A stretch of DNA of 64,000 nt from Podarcis liolepis (taxonomy: Eukaryota): assembly GCA_965112155.1 (NCBI GenBank), contig OZ218098.1. One strand, given 5' to 3'. Made by a program: the position numbers and the translations under genes. Below, one piece after another: positions 22,207 to 33,950 of this stretch. Each line of letters begins with the position of its first letter. Within the stretch, counting starts at the first letter, position 1. A model generated the notes under the pieces. It was given only the letters and a program-made list of their open reading frames with translations, did not search any database and had not been told where the DNA came from.

Positions 22207-22508
22207 GTATATATGCAAGGATCGATGTCTTCTGCAATCTCCATAAGCAGAAGCATCAGAAATCCAAGCCCAAGACCCTCACATCAATTACTGTCTTCAA
22301 TGAAACATTCCTGTTCCACCTGCCTCAGCCTATAGTTTGGGATTGTGCTCTCCTCATTTCCATTTATGAGCTGCGTCCCAGAAGCAAGCAGCTTGTAGGA
22401 CAGGCTGTGCTGGGGAAACGAGGACCCAACGATATGAATGACCACTGGCATCGCATGGCACAGTCCATCCAGCACCCTGTAGCTAAGTGGCACCCTTTGC
22501 TCATTTAA
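22207..22508 (+). CDS. Synaptotagmin-like gene, coding exon 6 (C2B end and stop)
   Basis: Acceptor tttttctgttccag; (R)IYARIDVF...KQKHQKSKPK...VFNETFLF...LVGQAVLG...DHWHRMAQSIQHPVAKWHPLLI-TAA, with the synaptotagmin HW...P(I/V)AxWHxL terminus. Confidence 0.9.
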
Positions 22509-23033
22509 AAGGAGGATTTTGCAGTTATGTGGATGTGCCCAAACTTTCCTCCTTAACATTGGAGCTTCAGCATCCAAGCAAGCCCTCTTAAGCAGAGGTG
22601 AATAATGACCGGCAGAGTTTGGTCAGAGCAGCAGCAGTAGAGGCCACGTGGCTTCTTTCATGAAAAACTTATTTCTTTTCATTCTCGCAGGTGTTTCTAT
22701 TGAAGAAAAGGATTTCCCCCATCACTGCCACAGTGCCATTGTACTTTATAGCAAACAAGGATACTGGGCCAAGGGGCATAGATGGAAATCAAAGAAACGG
22801 TTGTGGGCACCAAAAATATACCCATTTCACAGAAGAAAAACTGGCAATGTTCAGAACCCAGCCCCCACAAAAAAAGAGAGCAAACAGCCACATGTGCCCC
22901 GTGACACTAAGAAAAAAGCAGGCAACTCTCCTGCCAAACAAACAAGCAAAAAGCCAAAACAACTGTATGTTTTTATTGGTGCCAAAGGTGGGTGTTCTGA
23001 GGGCTCCATTTGTGCTCACAGGCACTGCATTGG

Positions 23034-23417
23034 CAGTGGCGTAGCGAGGGGGGTGCAGGGGGGCCAGCCGCACCGGGCGCAACATCTGGGGGGGCGCTCG
23101 CACTCTCAGCTCTCTGCCCCTACCTGGCTCACTCACTCTCTCTCACTGCAGTGCTGGCTGTGCGAATCCGATCCGAGCCGCCGGGTCGCCGCCCACTGTG
23201 GAGGGGGGGCGGTGCCAGGCGTGCGGTGCGGAGAGAGAGCGAGGGACTATCTGGGGGAGGGACAGTGCAGCGGCCGCCCAGCGCAGCGCTGAGCGCGGGA
23301 GAGAACCACACCAGACCAGACCAGGCAGCAGCAAGAAGAAGCTGGCAGTGGCGGCAGGTTAGGGGGTGCAAATTACTTGCCTTGCCCCGGGTGCTGACAA
23401 CCCACGCTACGCCACTG
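23034..23417. mobile_element. hAT MITE with CpG-rich interior, 8-bp TSD
   Basis: TIR CAGTGGCGTAGCG / CGCTACGCCACTG; TSD TGCATTGG at 23026-23033 and 23418-23425. Confidence 0.9.
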
Positions 23418-23644
23418 TGCATTGGGGAACCTAATGGCAGCATGGTGTGGCTGGAACTGGGGCTTAAACACACTAAGAAAACACAGACACCCCCTTGCCA
23501 TTAAAATAGTCAAGGGATGAATTGGACACGGAGAGGAAGAGGAATGGGATGCCTAGGATTGCATAGGAAACCTGTGTTCATTCTCCATTTTGAACTCAAG
23601 TTCATTTGCCACATTTTCTGCCAGTTGGCCTACAGCTGGGAAGA

Positions 23645-23950
23645 GGCTATAGCTCAGTGTCAGAGCACACACTTTGTGTGCAGAAGATCCCATGTAGGAT
23701 CCCTGACATTTCCAGTTAAAAAGATCGCAGCTAATGTGTCTGGGGAAGACCTCTGCCTGAGGGCCCACATAGCTGCCAGCACAGTAGTGAAGGGAGAACT
23801 GTGGCTCAGGGGTAGACAGCTCCAACTCCCTGGCAACGCCAAGTCAGGCTCCTGTCCGAAAACTCTGAAGCTGCTGCCAGTTAGTGTAGACAATGCTGGG
23901 CTTGGTAGGAAGCAGCTGCCTGTGTTCCTGACAGTTCCTGTGTTCCTGAA
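23645..23950 (+). mobile_element. Squam3-like SINE(s), tandem or rearranged
   Basis: GGCTATAGCTCAGTG head, second GTGGCTCAGGGGTAGA head, CTGCCAGTTAGTGTAGACAATGCTG and duplicated TGTGTTCCTGA tail. Confidence 0.6.
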
Positions 23951-24547
23951 CAGCCCTGACACTTCCGGGTATAGGGCGGTATATAAATTCAAGAAATAAT
24001 GATAATATAAGGGAGCTTCTGATAGAGATGAAAGCAAAGCTAAAGACACTTTTTCATCACGAGTGATGAAAATCCACTGTGTGCCCACCCCACGCTGCCT
24101 CTACACTTCCAGTTCATGCTAGCAGATTGACCAGCTCCCAATGGGTTTCAGAGTCCATTCAACTTGTGGGTACTGAGATTTAAAGCCCTACATAGTTTAG
24201 TGGACAGATGTTTGTCTTCCTCCCTAGTGGTCTGCTCAGTCACTGTGATGTTAATATGAACTGGGGTGCCCTAGTCATTCAAAGCAAGTGATGGCCAGAG
24301 AGAGTCTTTTTGCTTCTGGTACGCCACCTCTGCAGTGTTCTCAGGAATGCTTGCAAAGTGCCTGTGTTTATATCATTTCAGTGCCAGGCAAAGAGCTTTT
24401 AAATGTTCCCACGCTTGATTCTCTCTCTCTCTCTCCCCCCCAACACATCCGTCTATATCTATCTGTGGTTGTCTGCTGAGTTTTCATTGTTAAGATGTGC
24501 CATTTTATTGTGCTTTTTCATGTTTGGATGGAAATGGTTTTTGTATT

Positions 24548-25150
24548 CTTTTTATTATTATTATTATTAAAGATTTTCTTGATTTACAAAAGTATGTGCA
24601 ATGTCTCTCTCTTATATTCCCCCCCCCCCAGTAACATTTTGACAAATCAGTTTCATTTGTTGAGACATTAGGAAGAAAAGGGGGAAAGAGGTGGAGGGGG
24701 GGGAAGATGGGTGGGAGTGGGGTATGGGTGGCAATGTTTCTATTTTACTTACTATATGTAGGGTTTGGTGTCAGCATTGCTTGTGCAGGTTCTTTGCTGT
24801 TCACTTGTGTTCTTTTGGTGGTGAGAGAGGTTGGGGTTGGCCCTAGGGTGTGGATATGCATTTGTGGTTGGCTGTGGTGGTCTTTGTTTTCATGTGCGAG
24901 TGGGGTGGGTGGGTGTTTTGGATCAGGTTAGCCATATTGATTTGTATGCTGTTGGTGGATTTTTGTCATTGTCTTGTTGGGCTTTGTATGGCATAAAGGG
25001 GAGCCATAAAGAAGGTGTCTTCTATTTGTCCCCGTGTCAGTTTCAGCTGGTTTTTGTATTCTTGTTTTGCTTTTATTGTGTCATTACTGTTGCTGTGCCC
25101 TGCCCTCAGAGCCTTTGTTGCTGGATGGAGTGTAATTAATAAATAAATAA
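24548..25150 (-). mobile_element. LINE (L1-like) 3' fragment
   Basis: A-rich (TAA)n tail on the minus strand and A/C-rich strand asymmetry typical of a LINE 3' UTR. Confidence 0.4.
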
Positions 25151-25314
25151 ATAAAGATAGAAGCCATGTCAATCTTAATTTGAGATAGAATGTCAGTGAA
25201 CATTATTTGGATTCTGAATGAGTGCAGAATATGTAACAGCCGCTGACTTCTATTGCAAATACCTATCTCAGATATAATTGTTGACTTTTCAACTGGGTCC
25301 TAAAGCCTGTATGC

Positions 25315-25316
<2 letters not shown>

Positions 25317-25357
<41 letters not shown>
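25317..25357. repeat. (AAT)n microsatellite, probably the tail of a minus-strand L2 fragment extending to about 25500
   Basis: Direct reading; adjacent sequence resembles the L2 tails at about 40500 and 44800. Confidence 0.8.
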
Positions 25358-25358
<1 letters not shown>

Positions 25359-25721
25359 TGTATACTGCTCTTAATCCAAAGATCACAGGGCGGTCTGCAA
25401 CATAAAAACTTAAAATTAGAAAACAAAATATATCACAAAGCAAAAACAAGCACAAACTAATAACCCTCCTCCCACAAACACATTTAAAAGGCCACAGAAT
25501 GTTAATGTTAATCAGCCAATATTGAATAAAATATTGGGGGGGAGATAAACCCTGTTCCGCATAATCGATCATGTGACACAGCACACACACCATTTGATTG
25601 GGAATTCCCCTCAACTGTGGGGGTCCCTCAAATATTTTAGGGGGGGCAAAGGGACCTTGGCCCCTAGGAGTTGGCTCCTAGGCCCCTAGTGGCTATTTGT
25701 GCACATTACAACAGTACAGTA

Positions 25722-25963
25722 CAGTGGTACCTCGGGTTACATACGCTTCAGGTTACATATGCTTCAGGTTACAGACTCTGCTAACTCAAAACTGGTACCT
25801 CAGGTTAAGAACTTTGCTTCAGGATAAGAACAGAAATCGTGCAGTGGTGGTGCGGCGGCAGCAGGAGGCCCCATTAGCTAAAGTGGTGCTTCAGGTTAAG
25901 AACAGTTTCAGGTTAAGAACGGACCTCCGGAATGAATTAAGTACTTAACCTGAGGTACCACTG
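25722..25963 (+). mobile_element. Tc1/pogo-type MITE, 242 bp
   Basis: TIR CAGTGGTACCTC, TA flanks; same family as 30541-30782 and 32692-32889. Confidence 0.9.
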
Positions 25964-28699
25964 TAATCTAAAAGATTACATTTTTCCACACAGATTTGGG
26001 AGAAAGAGGAATTGGTGATTAGATTAAATCTCCACTACCAAAGTGATGATCCACAGGATTTGAACCTCTTGTCCCTTTGCCATTATGTACCTTGTAGTCC
26101 GTTCCCTTCTCCCATTGCTTTTCAATAACTGGAATTTGCCTTTTCTCTCTCCCTCTTTTAATTGTTTTGATTTTGTGTTTAAAAAAAACAAGCGTGCAAA
26201 TGAAAGTTAAAGGACAAAATGGAAACTTGCTTGAGGTTCCTATGGCTGGTGCACTTTAGCGTTTACCCTGGGGGTGGTGAGCATTGCTAGATTGTAATGG
26301 GGGATATTACGCTACGTTAAATGCTGTGTGGAATCTCAGGAACAGATCTGCTTCCCGCTGAATGCGGAAGCTAAATGTCCTAGTGTGCCTATCAGGGATC
26401 TTTTGCTTAGCCATTCAAGAAGTTAAAAATAAACATGCAGTATTTGAATTCAGACTTTTGTGACCCTGGGGCAGGCTAAATGTGGAAGTACAGCATAAGT
26501 GAATGAACGGTAAGGAGGTTGATCTCTGAGTTATGTGAACTCCTTGCCCTGCTGCTGCTTTGCCAGAAGCAGATCGAAAACTGAATGGCTAAGTAAAAAG
26601 AAATTGCTGTGTGACCGCTGACCCTCCATAGTAAATGTGTAAGCATGTCAGCAAACCCCTGGTTTACTGATCTGATTGCTTTTAACATAAAGCCAACTGA
26701 CACACATATATATCCCCCTTTCACAAGAAAAACTGCTATGAATTTTCTGGCACCTTGCACCCGTGTGATTTTGTATCCTCTCAGACTCTTCTACTCAGGT
26801 TAGGGGTAGCCAATGTGGTGCCCTTTAGATCATCTTGGAATATAACCCCCATTAGCCTCAGCTGGCAAGGCTGTTGGTCGGTGGTAACGAGTTGTAGCCC
26901 AGCAATATCTCTACCCTTGCATTAGTTAATCCTTTTTATTTCTCCTGTAGAATGTGGGGTGGTTCACTTTCTTGAGCTATCTGGGGCTGGCTAATTTGCA
27001 GGTCCTCTGTTGTGGTGTTTAACCTTGTTTGCTCTGATGCCTTGCATTATGCACTACACTGTGGACAGGATTATGGGGTATGTGTATTGTGGTAAGCAAT
27101 CTTCCCTGGGGCCTGGCAGAGCTGGACTCGGAAGACTTTGGCACCCTCCTGAACCTACAATTTAATAAAATCATTGTGGGGTGGAAATGAGAAACGGGAT
27201 CTTCATACTGGATGTTAATCACTGCCGCTTGAGTGAAGTCAGTAGGTGAGGATTCTTACATCAATATACTCTTCCTGCATCATTTATTACAGTAAATGGG
27301 TAGTTTTCTATTCATGTTTGCTTCCCAGGGGAAAGGAACTAGGAATAGAATATCAAAACCATTAACACTCCCATTATGAAACCTTTAATTCATGCCACAG
27401 CTCTGCTGGTGACTAAACTGTTAAGGTGGACTTGAGTATCCAGTGGTATATCTACAAAGAACTCTGAGGATACTGAATCCTTCTAGAGATAAATATGGTA
27501 ATTCCATGATGCTGTGTAGGATGACTGCCTTCAAATAGTGGACCATTAGTATGGTGTGCTGGTCTGATTGTCCCAGAACAGTATGTTCTTGACTGTGAAT
27601 CATGGAGCATGTATAAACCCTGGCAGTGCCTTCCATTTTGCTTCACCTTGTGCCTTCATTATAACTTGCACTGGAGTGCTGAAGGGGCAGAATTTTAACT
27701 CCATATTCAGCCCTGTTTGTTCATGTAACGGCTGTGGGATGCCTTATTATATTTGTTGTCCCCTAGTGCAGCACTCTGAAGACCACTAGTGAAATCAACA
27801 GAAAGTCTTTTGGCACCTTTAAGATGGCTTGGTTGCTTCTTGAGCATTCATCCTGATTTATTTGCAAGGAGGTTATATGACAGAGCAATTGTTTTCCCAT
27901 ACTTTCTAGTGCATTTTCCCTTCAGTTTCCTTTCAGCAAAAAATATCCTTTCTGCCAGGAACTGGAGCTGCACCCATGTTCCAAATCAACTTCAATTATG
28001 CAGTCTGAATTTGCTGATATGTGATTGGATCCCACCTCCAAATCACAATAGTTTGGAAACGCCCATGGGCTTATAGTGGCATAAGTGTTTGTGGGCTAGG
28101 GTCTACTTCGTGATCAATGTGTTTTGATCCACAAAAGCTTATGCCGATATAAATTTGGTAGAGTTTCATTTCATTTCGCTTTTAATTTGTAAACCGCCTT
28201 GCTGTATTATTATACACAAGGCGGTTTACAAAGCTGAAGAAACAACAGAGATTATGCACCTTATAACAAAGATGGCCAGTGAACAGGGATTGTGGGAGTT
28301 CTAGTTCAGCAACATTTGGCAGGCCAAGAGTTCCCCACACACCTGATGCAGACCCAGTGCCCTGATGGAGATGAAAATTGCCCTCTTCCAAGCTTTTGGT
28401 TCGACCATGAGGTGATATATCATGCAGATTAGATGAGGAGAAGGGCCTGTATGTGTGTATACACAAGTGTGTGTGTGTGGCTAACACCATTGCTGGCACT
28501 GGAAACAAACGTCAAATTCCTAAAGCACCCCCTAAGAAAAACTACAACCTATTTTCAAAGTGTTTGTTGTTGGGATTGTCCATTCTTTAAAAGATTCCCA
28601 TGGGAAGGATACACACTGCATTTGGGTTTGCCTGGTTGGCATCATGGCAGTGGCATTAGGATTAAACAGGTGCTGTTCTTGGAGAAATACAAATAGTGG

Positions 28700-29185
28700 G
28701 CTCTACTTTAAAGCCCTTTGTGGCCTAGGACCCTCATACCTACAGGACCGCCTCTCCTGGTATGCCCCACGGAGGACCTTAGGATCCATAAATAGCAACA
28801 CCCTAGAGGTCCCGGGCCCTAAGGAAGTTAGATTAGCCTCAACCAGAGCCAGGGCTTTTTCAACACTGGCTCCAGCCTGGTGGAACGCTCTGTCTCATGA
28901 GACCAGGGCCCTGCAGGATCTGATTTCTTTCCGCAGGGCCTATAAGGCAGAGTTGTTCCATCTGGCCTTTGGCTTAGAATCAGTTTGATTCCCTCCCCCT
29001 CTTTCTTTTTCCTTTCTCCTCCTGTGAAGAGGCTGCATCCTAATGTTTTAATGTTGTATTTTAATCTTTTTTAAATTGTATTTTAATCAACTTGTTTTAT
29101 TATTGGTTGTTAGCCGCCCTGAGCCTGGTCTTGGCTGTGGAGGGCGGGGTATAGATAAATTATTATTATTATTACTACTACTACT
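28700..29185 (+). mobile_element. L2 LINE 3' end, relatively young
   Basis: FKALCGLGPSYLQDRL...RAFSTLAPAWWNAL...FRRAYKAELF, 3' stem TAGCCGCCCTGAG..GGGCGGGGTA and (ATT)n tail. Confidence 0.85.
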
Positions 29186-30540
29186 GTAGCCTTATGAGTC
29201 TTTGCCCTCGGGTGGGAAAAATATTGCACCTGGAAAAGCTTTGAGAAGCTTTGAGCCTGCTGTTTTGGGGGGGGGTTGACTTCGGGCCTAGGTGGGGTCA
29301 CCTGTCTTCACCTTCATTCCTTCACTACTACTACTACGGGTGCCCCATGTATTATTGCATTTCTCTTGCTGTTGCGTTCTTATCTCACAGTGAAACAAGT
29401 CTTAGGGTTGATTCACACATGCGCATACAGAGCTGTGGTAAGCCATGAAAAATGTGATGGCGTGGAGGCTGCACTTTCTGGCAAGCTGCATCTGAAAAAT
29501 GGTTCCATGCACTCTTTAGGTGAATTTAATTCAGTGAGAAACCAAGTTACAAATGGAAGCTGTTAATATCGCAGTGCCGGGTAGGCTGATTGTTCTCTGT
29601 TTGCTGCTAACCTCATGTTGTTTCTGAGAATTATTTCATAGAACTGGGTGTGGTTCTACACTCTTGGTGGGCTTCACTTTTGATTTACTTGTTTATGCTC
29701 GGGATGATATCAAAAACATGGTGCAACATGTATTTCAGCTAAAAAAAACCCAGCAGCCTGAAGAACATAAAATCCAAGCACACTTTTGTATCGTAGCCGT
29801 TAAGGTTCCTGCCAAGTCTTGTTTCCTATGGTAACCGATTTCAAGGAATTTTCAGGCTCTTGTGTTGATGAACTTTAAACTATTTAGCTCCTCACTGACA
29901 TTAGGGAGATTTCTCTCTGTATTCAGCCTTGCGTAGAGACACTGTGCTAAAGTGCAACTAAGTGTGCTCCTTAAATCACTCTGTGAAGCCTGGCAAGGCA
30001 AATGAAGTTTATTCAGTGTGCTATTTATGGGCTATGTTGGCCAGAATTGTGACACTGGATATAATCTCTTCAGCTTCTAGGGGAATGTAAACTCTGCCAG
30101 GCCTACCCACCCACTGGTCACACGTCCTTCTCGACTCAGGCATTAATAGTATGGCCTGAAGCCTCTGTTTATTTCTTACCTTCTGTGGCACGTGCTGTTC
30201 TGGAGCTGGGACACCGGACAAAATAGATGGTTCACTGCACGTCCCGTTTTGCTTCTCACTTTGCTGGAAACCAACGCAAACTTATTGCCTCTCCTTACAT
30301 GGCTGACAAAGAGCAAAACCATTATGGGTGCAATGCTCGGGACTCGCAGTGTAGGTTGCAGGATGGCAACCTATACTTAGGAAACTGCCTGCTTTAGTTG
30401 TTTAGAGTCCCCATTTGAGGGGGCTCCTCCGGCAAATTTCTATGTCGTACTCCCTGCTGATTTTGGCAGCAGACACAAAAATAAAATAGGCACAGAGCTG
30501 GGGTGGGTGCTGCCCATTGCCCTGATTGGAATGCCAAGTA

Positions 30541-30782
30541 CAGTGGTACCTTGGGTTAAATACTTAATTCATTCCAGAGGTCTGTTCTTAACCTGAAACT
30601 GTTCTTAACCTGAAGCACCACTTTAGCTAATGGGGCCTCCTGCTGCCGCCGCACCACTGCTGCACGATTTCTGTTCTCATCCTGAAGCAAAGTTCTTAAC
30701 CCGAGGTTCTATTTCTGGGTTAGCGGAGTGTATAACCTGAAGCGTATGTAACCTGAAGCGTATGTAACCCGGGGTACCACTG
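30541..30782 (-). mobile_element. Tc1/pogo-type MITE, 242 bp, inverted relative to 25722-25963
   Basis: TIRs and TA flanks; the reverse complement aligns end to end with the 25722 copy. Confidence 0.9.
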
Positions 30783-32691
30783 TACTCCCTTCCTAGTCGT
30801 TCAATTTGTCATTTGATAAGGAAAGATGGGGTGATAGCCCACCTTTTCTGATCTGCATAGATAAGCTGTGGAGGGAGTGATCCATTCCTATCTGTGTATT
30901 TTCTTGCAAGAGTGTGTGAGAGACAGCAAATGTGAAGTGGTCACACTCACTACTGACACATTCTCCCCCTCCCCCGCCCGCCATGGTTCTTTGGCCAAGA
31001 AACGTTAGCTATCCCTGTATTACTGCCCTGCATAACAAGGCAGTGTGTTGAAGTACTCTTTGAACGTAGTCTTGATTCTATCTGAAAGGCAATCGTTGGT
31101 AATGGCTTCGGCTAGACTCTATCTATCTATGGCAAATCAGAATATGGCGCATAGAGCCTCAGCTCTACAGAATAAAACACAAAAGAACTCATCCAGTCCT
31201 GTAATGTTGCTCTAGTCGCACAGATCTGTAAAACTCATCCCTGGGCTGTAGCAGCCCTGCCATGCACTGTGGGCATTCTTATACCCCACCAAGGTTTTCT
31301 CTGCATTGTTTCCCAACTTGCTGTGCCCCAGGATGGGATGAAGCTGGGCAGAATTCCTTACAAGCCTTTGCTACTTGCACACAGAAATCTGCCATGGCTG
31401 TGCAAGTTCCAGCTCAGAGGAGGCAAAAATAACAGCAAAAGACAAAAGATATAAAGAGCGAGTATGTGTTGTGCATTCCAATTTGACACCCCCCTTTCCA
31501 CTCTTCCTTCCCACGCTCCTCGTGCTATTTATTCCCAACACTGACTTCACTTTGGCAGCAGGGCAAGTGAGAATGGATTGCATTTTGAATAGCAGGGCTA
31601 GTGTGCTGTAGTCTCAGAGCCAGGCCGTTCTGCCACTGGGCCTTGTGACAAAGCAGTTGGCATTGTGCATAGAAAGGAAGAGCAGCGATTTGTCAAAGCT
31701 TGCTGAAGAAATCTTTCCTCCTCCTCCTCTCCCATCTCTGTGTCATGGGCTTCCTAGCAAACACACCTCGAAAGAACTTGCCCAAAGGGAAAGGAAAGGG
31801 TCAGGGTGGAGGGAATGATTCCCTCCACATCTTTAGTGCTGAAGTGATATTTATTATAGATGCCCAGACACATCAAACTCATTAAAGATGGGGAGCTGGG
31901 TGGAGAAACTGCTGGCTATCGGCCATTTTCTGTGCTTTAAAATGGCTACCAGACTTGAGGGGAGCTACTAGGGTGGTCCATGAAACATCGCCAAACAAGA
32001 GGAAATGCACCACCAAAAAAGAGAGTTATTTGCACATGCTAATTAAACATACAGATGCCAATTTAGAAACAATTTCTATAATTTCTATAGAAATGAAATA
32101 CTTTTCAGTCTGCTGTCAGGTGTAACGTGAGCAGGAATTAAGAGTTTTAGAAATGGTTGCATGGGGGAATTCTGGGTGAGACCAGCAGGAAAAGCTGACT
32201 AGTTTCATTTTTTTTGTATCCTAATTTGGTAGCAGCTCATTGCTAAGTAAAGTTTGTTCCTCCTAACCCAGTCTCCGTGGTTCATTTGCAAGGCCAGCTC
32301 AAGACATTTTGGCACCTGAGGAGAATCACAAAATGGCACACGCACCCTGGCCAGGGAAAAAGGGGTGAGTGGAGAGCTAAATCAGGAACATGGGGTAGGG
32401 GATCAAATCAACCTCATCCGATGGCTGAAGTGGGGATCAAAGGCCATCATGGGGGAGGAAAGAGGGACCACTGTGGATCATGCTGGTCTTGGACTGGCTA
32501 GCTCTTCAAACAGACGGTGCCTTTATATAAGAGGATTGACATGTTCAATAAGATGCTCCACTCATTCATTTTCATGCTGGCTGGGTGCTGATTATAATGG
32601 CATTTGTATTTAACACTGAACAAGTCACAATCGTAGGCCACCTGGGAAGTTTTAAATTCAAGCTTCATTCTGAGCATTAGGGAACCTCATA

Positions 32692-32889
32692 CAGTCGTAC
32701 CTCAAATTACAAACGCTTCAGGTTACAAACTCTGCTAACCTGGAAGAGTTACCTCGAGTTGAGAACTTTGCCCCAGGATGAGAACGGAAATTGTGTGAGG
32801 CCCCATTAGTGAAAGCAAGCCTCTAGTTAAGAACAGTTGCAGGTTAAGAACAGACCTCCGAATTAAGTTCGTAACTAGAGGTACCACTG
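32692..32889 (+). mobile_element. Tc1/pogo-type MITE, internally deleted
   Basis: CAGTCGTACCTC...GAGGTACCACTG with TA flanks. Confidence 0.8.
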
Positions 32890-33695
32890 TACTTAGTAGG
32901 TACAGTGTGCTCCGAGACAGATTCAAGGAAAACTTTTAATCCGTTTCATGTCCAGGAAGCTCCTGCCTGCTGACGCACTTAAGTCAGGGAGTTCAGGGAG
33001 CTCAGTGTTCAGTGTGGTTTATGTGGAAGGAAGGCTGTGAATTCCTGCCACAAGCAGTGAAGTCCATTGGCATTTGTTGCTTCAGAGGACGTAGGCAGAG
33101 GCAACACCAGGGAAGACAAGGACGATGGCAGGAAAAAACAACTGAATAACCCTGGTCCCATAGGGACACCGCGTTGTTTCTGGTACCAGATTTCAATGCG
33201 ATTCTTTTATGATGAGACATCTTTTGTGAACAAATTTGAGAACCTCCTGGGCTTATTTAAGTGCGATAAAAGCATTATGAACATACATGCTCTGTGTGGT
33301 GGGAAGAAGTATTTCTGGATACATGGATTAATGCAATTTTCTAGGGATCATTGAATTTAATCTGAGAACATGATTATTCTGGGGAAATATTTAGCTACAG
33401 AACTGGGTGTTAGGTAGGTGAAGAAGTATGCCTGCCAAAGCATCATGTAGGCTGGAAGACTTTAGATGCTCCTTACAGATTTGAGTACAGGCACAGAGGC
33501 AGTAGCAAGTGTGCTGCTAGGGGTCTATGTATAACGGATCTTAGGGTCAAAATAAAAGTAAACGTGAAATGGAAAGCACTCATGCAGAGAGCACAGTACA
33601 ATTTACTCTCTACTAACTGCAGGGGGAAGGGAATTGACATCTTCAGCCAGACAAAGGTCTGTTGAGCAAGCAAAGACCTTGTGCAGGGCTTACGC

Positions 33696-33950
33696 CAGGG
33701 GTAGGCAACCTAAGGCACGTGGGCCAGATGTAGCCCAATCGCCTTCTCAATCTGGCCCACGGACAGTCCAGGAATCAGCGTGTTTTTACATGAGTAGAAT
33801 GTGTGCATTTATTTAAAATGCATCTCTGGGTTATTTGTGGGGCATAGGAATTCGTTCATTCCTCCCCCCCCCCCCCAATATAGTCCAGCCCACCACATGG
33901 TCTGAGGGACGGTGGACCGGCCCACAGCTGAAAAAGGTTGCTGGCCCCTG
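33696..33950. mobile_element. hAT (Charlie-like) MITE with 8-bp TSD
   Basis: CAGGGGTAGGCAACCT / AGGTTGCTGGCCCCTG; TSD GCTTACGC at 33688-33695 and 33951-33958. Confidence 0.88.
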
